Below are positions 28,097-35,966 of a stretch of 64,000 nt of DNA, in pieces. Made by a program: the position numbers and the translations under genes. The notes beneath the pieces were generated by a model. That model saw only the letters and a list, made by a program, of their open reading frames with translations. It did not search any database and was not told the DNA's origin. Position 1 is the first letter of the stretch. Each line of letters begins with the position of its first letter. This DNA comes from Candidatus Acidiferrales bacterium (GTDB taxonomy: Bacteria > Acidobacteriota > Terriglobia > Acidiferrales > UBA7541): positions 4,574 to 68,573 of the forward strand of contig DASYZC010000062.1 in NCBI GenBank assembly GCA_035949735.1, in the 5' to 3' direction.

Positions 28097-28380
28097 TTTA
28101 GTTCCTCCTGTTTCGGGAGTCGTTGCTCCCTTCACCGCGCACCGAGGGAGCAATGACGCGAAACAGAGGACCGAGCGAAGAGGGTGACGCGTTCAGGACG
28201 CAACGTGAGGCACAGCTGAGTGACACAGCTTTTCCGTGGCGCGAAATGTGCTAGTGGAGGCCGGAGCCGTACTCTTCAGGCGGAACGCGGCACTCTCGCA
28301 GCGACAAATTCGAGCAAGTTGAGAGCGTAAGGGCTAGGTCGTAAAGCAGTCTTGGTAGGCGAAGAGAAGGCGAATATGAT

Positions 28381-28614
28381 ATGCTTCGAGCCATGATCGG
28401 TTTCAAAGAGCGGACTTGGCGCATTACGCTCTACAAACGTGAACTCCAGCCAGACGGTCGTGTGGCTGATGTTGAAATGGAGACGTTCGATCAAGCGCGG
28501 GCCAAAGGCTCCTCGGGAGACATCCGAGAAGCAAACGGGCGGCTTGCGTTTCTGACGGCGAACGGAAAAGAAGTAGTAACCGGTGGGGTCGCTTTTGTTG
28601 CTCGGGAATTGTGA
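28381..28614 (+). CDS. Small hypothetical protein (77 aa)
   Basis: An ATG with an AGAAGG-like sequence upstream; the composition is plausible for a protein. No motif. An antisense ORF overlaps it. Confidence 0.3.
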   Translation: MLRAMIGFKERTWRITLYKRELQPDGRVADVEMETFDQARAKGSSGDIREANGRLAFLTANGKEVVTGGVAFVAREL

Positions 28615-28683
28615 ACTCCGAGACTGAGGGTCGAGCGCAATCGCGTGTGGTTCCCGCGTCGGAACGACAAACGCTCCGCACCT

Positions 28684-29505
28684 CTACGAGGGCGTTTGAA
28701 TTAAGTATTTCTGTTTCAGCTTGCGCGCGTACGCCCGCAATGTGTCGGGGCATCGCTCATCGGTCGAAAGGCTCGCGATCACGTCTTCAATGGCTACTGC
28801 TGAAATACGTTCGCGCGTGCCGGCCACTACTCCCGAGAGCAACTCTTTTAGCGAGGCCCAAAGACCGGCGTTTGCGCGCGGCAACAGAAATATCAACCGG
28901 CTTCGGTCATCGTGCACCATGTGCCAGACGTTGCGATTGAACTGGTAAGCATCAAGAAAAGCCCGCATCTCAAGCCGATTCGCTTGCAGATGCGGGGCAA
29001 GCTTCTGGTGATAGATGTTACTAAACTTTGTCCGATGCCGAAGGTCATTGGCGGCCTTACCAAATTCTGCCTCAGAAAGTTTTACCTCGCAGAACGTCTG
29101 AGCGCCGTCTGTGGTCCTCCAAACTACATCTATGTTGCTTTCCTCCAACGGGTCGGGCACCTGTTCTAGCTCCCAAATCGCGAGAGTGCCTGGACAGCCA
29201 AGAGCTCGAAGTAGGGCCGAAGCCGCCTCTGCTGTGCCATCGAAATACGGGAAGAACAGATTGAAAGCGAAAGCTTGCGATGAATTCAGATGATGGAAAT
29301 ACTTGTGAAGCGCTAGCTTGTTTCCATACTTCTTTAGAATCGGTTGAGCTTCTTCGAGCAGATTCCGGGAGGCTTCAGCAAGGGGAAGGATGTGATCCTG
29401 CGGCACATCGCGTCCGCGATACTGAAATACTCCCGGTTCGTCAATACCGAGGCACAGCCGCTTGTAGTCCGCCAGATGTTTCTTGAGGTCATCCTGATAT
29501 CCCAT
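28684..29505 (-). CDS. PD-(D/E)XK nuclease-like protein (273 aa)
   Basis: HLNSSQAFAFNLFFP and the acidic/Lys signature NIDVVW...TFCEVKLSE fit a restriction-endonuclease-like fold. The family is not identified. Confidence 0.5.
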   Translation of the reverse strand: MGYQDDLKKHLADYKRLCLGIDEPGVFQYRGRDVPQDHILPLAEASRNLLEEAQPILKKYGNKLALHKYFHHLNSSQAFAFNLFFPYFDGTAEAASALLRALGCPGTLAIWELEQVPDPLEESNIDVVWRTTDGAQTFCEVKLSEAEFGKAANDLRHRTKFSNIYHQKLAPHLQANRLEMRAFLDAYQFNRNVWHMVHDDRSRLIFLLPRANAGLWASLKELLSGVVAGTRERISAVAIEDVIASLSTDERCPDTLRAYARKLKQKYLIQTPS

Positions 29506-29557
29506 TCTCTGCGCCGCTATCCGCTCTTCTTCGAGTAAACCGCCCGATGGCGACAGC

Positions 29558-29803
29558 TTAATCGCAAAAAAACGAAAGCTCTTTTCTATAAAGCCTCGCC
29601 AATTGTTGGAGTTCGACGAAATCTACCCTGCGTTCGCCAAGTTCGCATTTCGATACGAAAGAATGCGGCTTGCGAAGGCGTCTTGCAACCTCCACCTGGG
29701 TGAGGTCGGCCTCGCGTCGCGCTTGGACCAACCGAGCGAGGAATCTCTTATACGCCTTGTGGTAACCCTTATCGTTGGCATTCACCTCCGCATGTATAGT
29801 CAA
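29558..29803 (-). CDS. XRE-family HTH transcriptional regulator
   Basis: HTH ADLTQVEVARRLRKPHSFVSKCELGERRVDFVELQQLARLY. The start is uncertain: in-frame TTG at 29803 or GTG at 29785. The raw ORF extension to 29956 is unlikely. Confidence 0.7.
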   Translation of the reverse strand: MTIHAEVNANDKGYHKAYKRFLARLVQARREADLTQVEVARRLRKPHSFVSKCELGERRVDFVELQQLARLYRKELSFFCD

Positions 29804-29811
29804 TCTTGACA

Positions 29812-29855
29812 GATTCCCCAAAATAGGGAATCCTATAATTCCCCAACATGGGGAA
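29812..29855. promoter_or_regulatory. Two adjacent palindromes sharing a TTCCC/GGGAA core; candidate operators of the XRE regulator
   Basis: GATTCCC-caaaata-GGGAATC (29812-29832) and TTCCCC-aacat-GGGGAA (29839-29855). They lie between the XRE start and the ATG at 29862. Confidence 0.45.
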
Positions 29856-29861
29856 ACAGTT

Positions 29862-30209
29862 ATGCCAGTTATGCCCTTGAACACTCCTTCCTCTGCTGCC
29901 CGTTCGTTCCCCGAGCGCAAGCCATTTCGGATTGGCTGCGAGGCAGGCGACGGCAACCGGTTTCACGTTCAGACCGATTCGGTCTCGGTCACGGTGGGTC
30001 AGCGCGTTCTGAGGGATGGGGTCCTGGAAATGTGGGACTCGGTAAGTGTTCATGCAAAACAGGACATCGAAGGCGTTTTGGTCGTTGAAGTTCTTGTTTT
30101 CAACCCAGATTGGGACGAGCCGGTTCGCATAGCCTCGATCAGCTCGCGTCCGCAAGACGAGACATGTTTAACGGCGCTCGGCTGCTGCTTCGACCACGTA
30201 GTACCGTGA
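29862..30209 (+). CDS. Hypothetical protein (115 aa); mutually exclusive with the codon-aligned antisense ORF 29769-30155
   Basis: On the same strand as the following five small genes, with the operator-like palindromes just upstream. The antisense ORF has equally plausible codon usage, so the call is ambiguous. Confidence 0.3.
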   Translation: MPVMPLNTPSSAARSFPERKPFRIGCEAGDGNRFHVQTDSVSVTVGQRVLRDGVLEMWDSVSVHAKQDIEGVLVVEVLVFNPDWDEPVRIASISSRPQDETCLTALGCCFDHVVP

Positions 30210-30255
30210 TTCGCGATATCGATTTCTGCTACACCGTGAAGGGAGGACCACAACG

Positions 30256-30465
30256 ATGCAATTCCCGGAGGTGAAGGGTAAGGTCGTGGAGTTCGTCCAA
30301 GCCTCAGCGCAGACGGAGGGGGCGTTTGTTAACATCCGATTTACCGACAAAACCGATCTTGGTCTTACGTTCAACGCCAAAATGAAATTGGATTACGTCA
30401 CTCTAAACGATGTGACCGACGGCAATTACGAACTCATTAAGGAATACATTAAGATGCCATCATGA
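30256..30465 (+). CDS. Small hypothetical protein (69 aa), paralogue of the next gene
   Basis: GGGAGGA lies 9 nt upstream of the ATG. FPEVKGKVVEFV...IRFTDKTDL...TLNDVTDG...IKEYI aligns with the next protein. Confidence 0.65.
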   Translation: MQFPEVKGKVVEFVQASAQTEGAFVNIRFTDKTDLGLTFNAKMKLDYVTLNDVTDGNYELIKEYIKMPS

Positions 30466-30800
30466 AAAAGCTACGGGCGCTCTCCAAGAAACGCAAACGA
30501 GAACGGGGCAACGCTTTTCCTGGCCTGAAGGGAAAGGTCGTCCATTCGGTGGAAACATCCTTTGAAGAAGACAGGCTATATATTCATGTTCGCTTCGACG
30601 ACCGCACCGAACTCACTTTTTGGCTGTCGTCACGGATTGTGATTGAGGAAGCCACTTTGAGTGACTGGAAGACCGGCGATGACGTTATCAAGCGCACGTA
30701 CATCCAAAGTCCCGAAGTCAAGGCCATCGCGGCGCAAGAGCCGGAATTCCAAAGAATTTGCCGCGAGATCGAGCGGGAAAAGAAGCGCAAGGGAAAATAG
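30462..30800 (+). CDS. Small hypothetical protein (112 aa) with basic N- and C-terminal tails, paralogue of the previous gene
   Basis: ATGA overlap with the previous gene. FPGLKGKVVHSV...VRFDDRTEL...TLSDWKTG...IKRTYI. Confidence 0.65.
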   Translation: MKKLRALSKKRKRERGNAFPGLKGKVVHSVETSFEEDRLYIHVRFDDRTELTFWLSSRIVIEEATLSDWKTGDDVIKRTYIQSPEVKAIAAQEPEFQRICREIEREKKRKGK

Positions 30801-30801
30801 A

Positions 30802-30960
30802 ATGGCACGTAAAGAATCCACAGAGCGGGCGACCGAATGGGTATCGAAATACCTCAAAATTATCATCAGCGATCGGGAGGCGCGGGAGTTTGTGGCACAA
30901 TTGCCGAGCGCGATAAAGGACTTGGACCGACTTAAAGAAATAGTTGCTGATGAGAAATAG
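30802..30960 (+). CDS. Small hypothetical helical protein (52 aa)
   Basis: The ATG lies 1 nt after the previous stop. Sequence MARKESTERATEWVSKYLKIIISDREAREFVAQLPSAIKDLDRLKEIVADEK. Confidence 0.4.
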   Translation: MARKESTERATEWVSKYLKIIISDREAREFVAQLPSAIKDLDRLKEIVADEK

Positions 30961-31004
30961 AAGTCTGCGGCGACCGAGCGGCGTTTCAAGGGTGGCTTGC
31001 CACA

Positions 31005-31331
31005 GTGAATTCGCAGGGGGCAGACGAGGTGTTGATCGTTGAACGGTTCCACATCATACGAGAGGCGATGAATCTCTCCGTCGAGGAAGTTGAGCTGCGG
31101 GCCGGGCTTCCACGCTCGTATCTCTGCGACCTAGAGAACGGGCAGAAAGTTCCGTCATTGGCGGTATTGGAGAAGATCGCGACGGCACTGAAGGTTCCTC
31201 TTGCGAAATTGTTTTATGACGGTGACCGTGTTCCCCCGTTGCCAAATCTTCCCGCTCGGAAAACCGCCGATGACATCGTGGGTGAACCGAATTCCAGGCG
31301 ATTGAAAAAAAGCCGCACGCAACCATTCTGA
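31005..31331 (+). CDS. XRE-family HTH protein
   Basis: MNLSVEEVELRAGLPRSYLCDLENGQKVPSLAVLEKIATALKVPLAKLF. A GTG start at 31005 is needed to include helix 1. Confidence 0.65.
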   Translation: MNSQGADEVLIVERFHIIREAMNLSVEEVELRAGLPRSYLCDLENGQKVPSLAVLEKIATALKVPLAKLFYDGDRVPPLPNLPARKTADDIVGEPNSRRLKKSRTQPF

Positions 31332-31380
31332 AAGAGTGATAATCAGACTAGGTAGCGGCGGCTCCGCAAGGAGGTAAAAG

Positions 31381-31869
31381 ATGGACTTGCGATGCCCGAA
31401 TTGCAACAGCACAAACTTGAAGAGCCTGTCTGTCGCGTTTCAAGAAGGCCGTTTCTCCGTAAATGCGAGTTCGCGCTTGCGAGGTGTCGTCGTCGGAGAA
31501 GGCGGGCCGGACATTGTCATTGGCCGAGCAACGACGCGCGGATCACAACAGAGCGACCTTTCCAAAAAACTCAGCCCTCCGACAAAATGGTCATACGGCA
31601 AGGTGATCTTGTGGTCGGTCGTAATCTCCTTCATTGGTCTGGTGGTGTTCGTTCGCTCGGTCATGTCACATCCTGGGCCTGCGTCGTCTTTTCCAGTGAC
31701 TCTGTACGCCGTGATTTTCCCCATAGTTTTAGCAGTTCTCTTGGCTGCAATTTGGCGACACAATCATTCAACATACAGTCGGGAATATGGCGAGTGGAGT
31801 CGCTCGTTCCTTTGCGAGCGATGCGGAACCGTGAGCAAGCACGACCTCCGCAGCGCTGCGGCTGCCTAG
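31381..31869 (+). CDS. Membrane protein with N- and C-terminal zinc-ribbon-like CxxC pairs (162 aa)
   Basis: CPNCNS near the N-terminus and CERCG near the C-terminus, with two hydrophobic helices between. AGGAGGTAAAAG lies upstream. Confidence 0.6.
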   Translation: MDLRCPNCNSTNLKSLSVAFQEGRFSVNASSRLRGVVVGEGGPDIVIGRATTRGSQQSDLSKKLSPPTKWSYGKVILWSVVISFIGLVVFVRSVMSHPGPASSFPVTLYAVIFPIVLAVLLAAIWRHNHSTYSREYGEWSRSFLCERCGTVSKHDLRSAAAA

Positions 31870-31902
31870 CAACCTGTAAATCCCCCGTCGCACAACAAGG
31901 AC

Positions 31903-32565
31903 CTAGCGGAGCCGTTGCTCCGCTAGGTCGAAATACTGCTTGGACAGTTCGATGCCGAGGAAGCGTCGATTCAGATTTCGTGCGGCGAGAAGCGTTGAAC
32001 CTGAACCACAGAACGGGTCGAGAACAACGTCTCCCGGATTTGAGAAAGATTCAACCAATGGCGTCAACACGCTGACCGGCTTCTGAGTCGGATGAAGGTT
32101 GTTGCCGGTGTATTTCCATTCCAGAACGTCGGGGATGGTGCGAGCCGGTTTCTGCGGATTGCCCTTCGCCAGCAGGTAGGCGTTCTCATGCTGGTAACGA
32201 AGAAAACGCTCTGTGGAAGCATAGCGCTTGATGAACGTCAGATGGCCGATCACCCGGAAACCCACTTCACGCCATGCAGCGAGGAATTTGTCGGCCTTGT
32301 GCCAGCCATAGAAGCTGACGCAAAAGCGATTCCAGCGCAGCACGCGGTAGATTTCCTGGAAAGCAGGCTTGACCCAATCGCAGTTGTTGTCATTGGGAAC
32401 GCTGCGCCCGTCGCGTGATGAATAGTGGGCCAAGTAAGGCGGGTCCGTGAGAACAAAATCGACACGGTTGGATGCCATGCGGGAAAGAAACTGAATGCAA
32501 TCGCCGTGCAGCAAACTATTTGAGAATCCATCATTGATCTGAGAATTGATTTGTTCTGATTTCAT
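31903..32565 (-). CDS. Orphan beta-class N6-adenine/N4-cytosine DNA methyltransferase (220 aa)
   Basis: Start MKSEQIN at 32565. DPPY motif (FVLTDPPYLA) precedes FCGSGSTLLAA. No cognate endonuclease is adjacent. Confidence 0.8.
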   Translation of the reverse strand: MKSEQINSQINDGFSNSLLHGDCIQFLSRMASNRVDFVLTDPPYLAHYSSRDGRSVPNDNNCDWVKPAFQEIYRVLRWNRFCVSFYGWHKADKFLAAWREVGFRVIGHLTFIKRYASTERFLRYQHENAYLLAKGNPQKPARTIPDVLEWKYTGNNLHPTQKPVSVLTPLVESFSNPGDVVLDPFCGSGSTLLAARNLNRRFLGIELSKQYFDLAEQRLR

Positions 32566-32768
32566 TTTCCGTTCTCCTGTAGGTGATTTGGTTCCTTCAC
32601 CCGAGCACAGGAACCAGAGCACCGGGCCACAGGAGGACGGAAAGTTCAGCCTTGAAGCGGCTGAAGCGGAAGGCAACGGGTGTGACAGGAGAGGGTTTTG
32701 CGAATGGCGCAGCCGTGTGCTTAGCGCCAGCCGTTGGCTTAGCACGTTCTAGTGGGTCGAAAGCCTCC

Positions 32769-35700
32769 TCAGTTTCGCGCGGGTGCTTTTGTAGCAGGCT
32801 CTGCTGCTGTGGTTTTTGAATTTCGGGCAGTTCGAGGTTCGACGCTCGCCTCGATGATGGCGCGTTCTTCTGGGGTCAAGACATAAAGATCATAGACGAG
32901 CCGGTCGATCTCCTTCTCCAGGGCCGTGGTGTCTGCGGCGTGATTACCCCGCTTAGCCTCAAGTACCTGAGCAACAAGCTTCGCAATTTCGTCTCGATGT
33001 TTGTGACCGTTTGAAGGCAGCGGAAAGTCCGCCAATTCATTCACTTTGAATTGTGGAAAGGTTTCGCGCTGCATCTTTCCGAATTTGTGAACGAACCACC
33101 ACGAAACCATCCGAGAATTCAAAACGCCAAGGACGTACTCAGGCTTTTCCCTTATGTTGATAATGTTCATGGAATTCAAATCGTTCAACGCTACTTCGTC
33201 CGTTAGGCAAGCATGGACACAGTAGGGCGGCTTGGCCGGAATCTGCCGTACCAAGATTCTCGCAGTTGAATACAGGCGAAAGTCCTTCCTTGGTGCGGCG
33301 AGGTTGTCGCCATATTTGAGATATTCTCCGCTCCAACCGAGGTAGTACCGGCAGACATCTTTTCCGTCGAAGTACTTGATGTAGTCTTTGCTGATTTTCC
33401 GCGTGTTGTGATAAACGCGTTCTTTCTTCATCTGGTTCGTCTGTGGCGGAACACCGCACCCCGTCTCGTAAGCTTTCAGACCGGCTCTAACATCGGCGAC
33501 CCCCGAAAGGGGCGCGGAATGTGCCTCGATCTTCTGCATTAGACTTGCTGTGCCCCCGGACTTGAACGCCTCGATATTGATGACGTACTCGCGCTGTTTC
33601 AGGAAGAACTCGGAATCAGCTTCCTTGATAAACCGGAAGTCGTCCGTGTATTCAAACAGGCGGACTCGATGATTGTGCGCAGACTTCGTGAAAATAAGGA
33701 TCGAACTGTCCACATCTGCACTCTCGAATACACGGGCATAAAAGTTGACGATGGAAACGTCCGATTGCCCAAGAACAAATTTCCGCATGGTCTTGTTCGT
33801 GTTGATCGTCAGCCAGTTATTCGGGGTAATAAAGCACAGCGAACCGGTTGGGCGAAGAAGCCTTGCGCCCTTCTCGACGAAGAGCGGGTAAAGATTCAAC
33901 TGATATTCAGCGAGTTCGTAATTCTTATAAAAGTACTTCTTGTCTTCGTCTGTGAATCCCTTCTTCGCGCTTTCTCTGGCGAAAATGTAAGGAGGATTCG
34001 CGATCACAACCGCAAATCCCTTTTTGTTATGAAATACTTCCGAAAAGTAGATTTCGAAATCGAATGCCTCCTTTCCGTTAGTCAGCGTATGGATGAGGTC
34101 ATCGATTTCTTTTTTATACCTCTCTTTCTGCCCCCTATCGGACTCGTCGAAGTAGAGCGGTTTCAACTCCTCTAGGCGGTGAAATAACTTTTCGTTGAAG
34201 AGAGTTTTTTCAATGCCGAAGAGCGAATTGCCCACGACCACTTTGTAGTCGAGATTTGGCAGCGGCTTAATCTGCGTCGTTTCTTCTTCGTCTACAACGA
34301 GGGAGAGCCAAAGCCGGAGTTTGGCTATCTCGATGGCACCTGGGTCAATGTCCACGCCATAGAGGGAATTCTGGATGGCGTGGCGTTTGAAATAGTAGGG
34401 CGTGCGCTCGTGCACGTCGTTGAAGTACGAAGTAAGAGCACAGCGAGCGCGAACAATTTCGGTCATCATTCCGACTGGGAATGCACCTGAACCGACTGCA
34501 GGGTCGCACACTGTGATCGCTGCTAGACTCTCATCCAGCAGCCGCGCTTGCTGTTGAATGCTTTTCGGCATCTTGATGGCGTACTTTGCCTCGACTGCCT
34601 CGTAGTGAGAGATCTGTTCGCCCAAATGCACAAACGTCTCGATGTCATCACGGGAGACGAGTTGCTTATTTGCGTTGAGCGCAGTATCGAGATAGTTGAC
34701 CAAACTTTCCTGACACATGTAGTGCACGATTTCGCGCGGCGTATAGTACGCACCCAAGCCTTTGCGCCGATTCTCTTCAATGAGGTTCTCGAACACTTTG
34801 CCAAGCATTTCAGGGTCGATGGCCACTTCCTTTTCGAGAGGCTCGGCTTCGTTAACGGTGAAGTTGTATCTGTCAAAAATGTCAAGGACGCCGGTGCCAA
34901 GGATGTCGCCCTCAAATTGCTTCGTGTTGGTGAACAAAGAATTTGGCAGAGGGATGTCGATTTTGCGCCAATCGTAGTCGCCGAGCGGTTCGAATAATCC
35001 GCCATTTAGGAATGGAATCCGGCATTGGAAGCGGTCGCACCATGCCGCGTGCCCCCGATCCGTCGCCAACGTGTCATAGAACAGCGGTTCGAGGACATCG
35101 TTGAAGAAGTTGTCATACTTACCCTTCTGCGCTGCAGCCAGTTGCCGTAAAAAGTCGTGCGGGCCAGCTCCCCAATCTTCGCCCTTCGGGACACCGAGCC
35201 AGCCCTTCTTCTGAAGAAAGTAGAGGAATACGATTTGGCCCATGAGCTTCTTCGCGAAGTCGATTATGTTGATGCGCTTCTTATTGAACTCTTGGCGGAT
35301 CGCTTTGTCCTTTTCAATCAGCACCTCCAGTGCTTTATGAATCTCGCCGAAGAGCTGCGCGTATTTGGTGAAGAATTCCTTCGTGACGGCTTCGACGCTG
35401 AAAGCCTCTTCGATATCAGCGAATGTCGGATTGGTTCCCGTATCTTGGAGCAACGCCAGAAAGCGAGTCTGGGCCGTGTGGCAGCTTTCGCCCTCACCAA
35501 CAAGGTAGGAGAAGCGCCGCGCCGGTGTGAGACGTGTTTCCACACCCACCTTGCCGGACTCACTCGCGACGCTGGCATAATCCATCTTCACATAAGAGAA
35601 TCGCCACTGCTTCTCGGTAGGCGACACAAACGCGACCAGGGCAGCGTCCTTTTCATCCCGCGTCTTGAGGTGGTCTGCAACGAAGTTTCGAATAGCCGTG

Positions 35701-35966
35701 CGAGCGCGTTCAAGTTTCGATGCTGTCGTGAGATATACAATCAAAACATCCAGTTTCTCGTTCTCCGCTGATGTGTACGTGCCCAGCCTTTCGTATCGTT
35801 GGACATGATCCTTGAACGCATCCTTGATGTATTGGCTATTCCAAGATCCTGCCTTGCTCTCGTCAATGCGATTAAGTACGTTTACCACGAAGCTGCCAAA
35901 GCGGGGTTTGTCAAAGGACTGGGTAAAGGTTTGGGCAATCAGGGTGCGGGCTTGGTCCCGATTCAT
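32769..35966 (-). CDS. Large Eco57I/PglX-like gamma-class N6-adenine DNA methyltransferase with C-terminal specificity region (1065 aa)
   Basis: GAYYTPREIVHYM, VCDPAVGSGAFPVG (SAM binding) and VIANPPYI (catalytic NPPY). ATGA overlap with the PLD-SNF2 gene stop. Confidence 0.85.
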   Translation of the reverse strand: MNRDQARTLIAQTFTQSFDKPRFGSFVVNVLNRIDESKAGSWNSQYIKDAFKDHVQRYERLGTYTSAENEKLDVLIVYLTTASKLERARTAIRNFVADHLKTRDEKDAALVAFVSPTEKQWRFSYVKMDYASVASESGKVGVETRLTPARRFSYLVGEGESCHTAQTRFLALLQDTGTNPTFADIEEAFSVEAVTKEFFTKYAQLFGEIHKALEVLIEKDKAIRQEFNKKRINIIDFAKKLMGQIVFLYFLQKKGWLGVPKGEDWGAGPHDFLRQLAAAQKGKYDNFFNDVLEPLFYDTLATDRGHAAWCDRFQCRIPFLNGGLFEPLGDYDWRKIDIPLPNSLFTNTKQFEGDILGTGVLDIFDRYNFTVNEAEPLEKEVAIDPEMLGKVFENLIEENRRKGLGAYYTPREIVHYMCQESLVNYLDTALNANKQLVSRDDIETFVHLGEQISHYEAVEAKYAIKMPKSIQQQARLLDESLAAITVCDPAVGSGAFPVGMMTEIVRARCALTSYFNDVHERTPYYFKRHAIQNSLYGVDIDPGAIEIAKLRLWLSLVVDEEETTQIKPLPNLDYKVVVGNSLFGIEKTLFNEKLFHRLEELKPLYFDESDRGQKERYKKEIDDLIHTLTNGKEAFDFEIYFSEVFHNKKGFAVVIANPPYIFARESAKKGFTDEDKKYFYKNYELAEYQLNLYPLFVEKGARLLRPTGSLCFITPNNWLTINTNKTMRKFVLGQSDVSIVNFYARVFESADVDSSILIFTKSAHNHRVRLFEYTDDFRFIKEADSEFFLKQREYVINIEAFKSGGTASLMQKIEAHSAPLSGVADVRAGLKAYETGCGVPPQTNQMKKERVYHNTRKISKDYIKYFDGKDVCRYYLGWSGEYLKYGDNLAAPRKDFRLYSTARILVRQIPAKPPYCVHACLTDEVALNDLNSMNIINIREKPEYVLGVLNSRMVSWWFVHKFGKMQRETFPQFKVNELADFPLPSNGHKHRDEIAKLVAQVLEAKRGNHAADTTALEKEIDRLVYDLYVLTPEERAIIEASVEPRTARNSKTTAAEPATKAPARN

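Noticed and set aside
29806-29839. A sigma-70 promoter formed by TTGACA (29806-29811) and TATAAT (29834-29839)
   Set aside because: Both hexamers are perfect, but the spacer is 22 nt, far from the functional 16-18 nt. The same problem applies to TTGACA at 16821 with TTTAAT at 16851 (24-nt spacer).
31392-32075. A 227-aa plus-strand ORF overlapping both the zinc-ribbon membrane gene and the orphan MTase gene
   Set aside because: It is an alternative frame with an Arg/Ser-rich product. The in-frame 31381-31869 gene has an RBS and transmembrane/CxxC features, and the MTase motifs are on the opposite strand.
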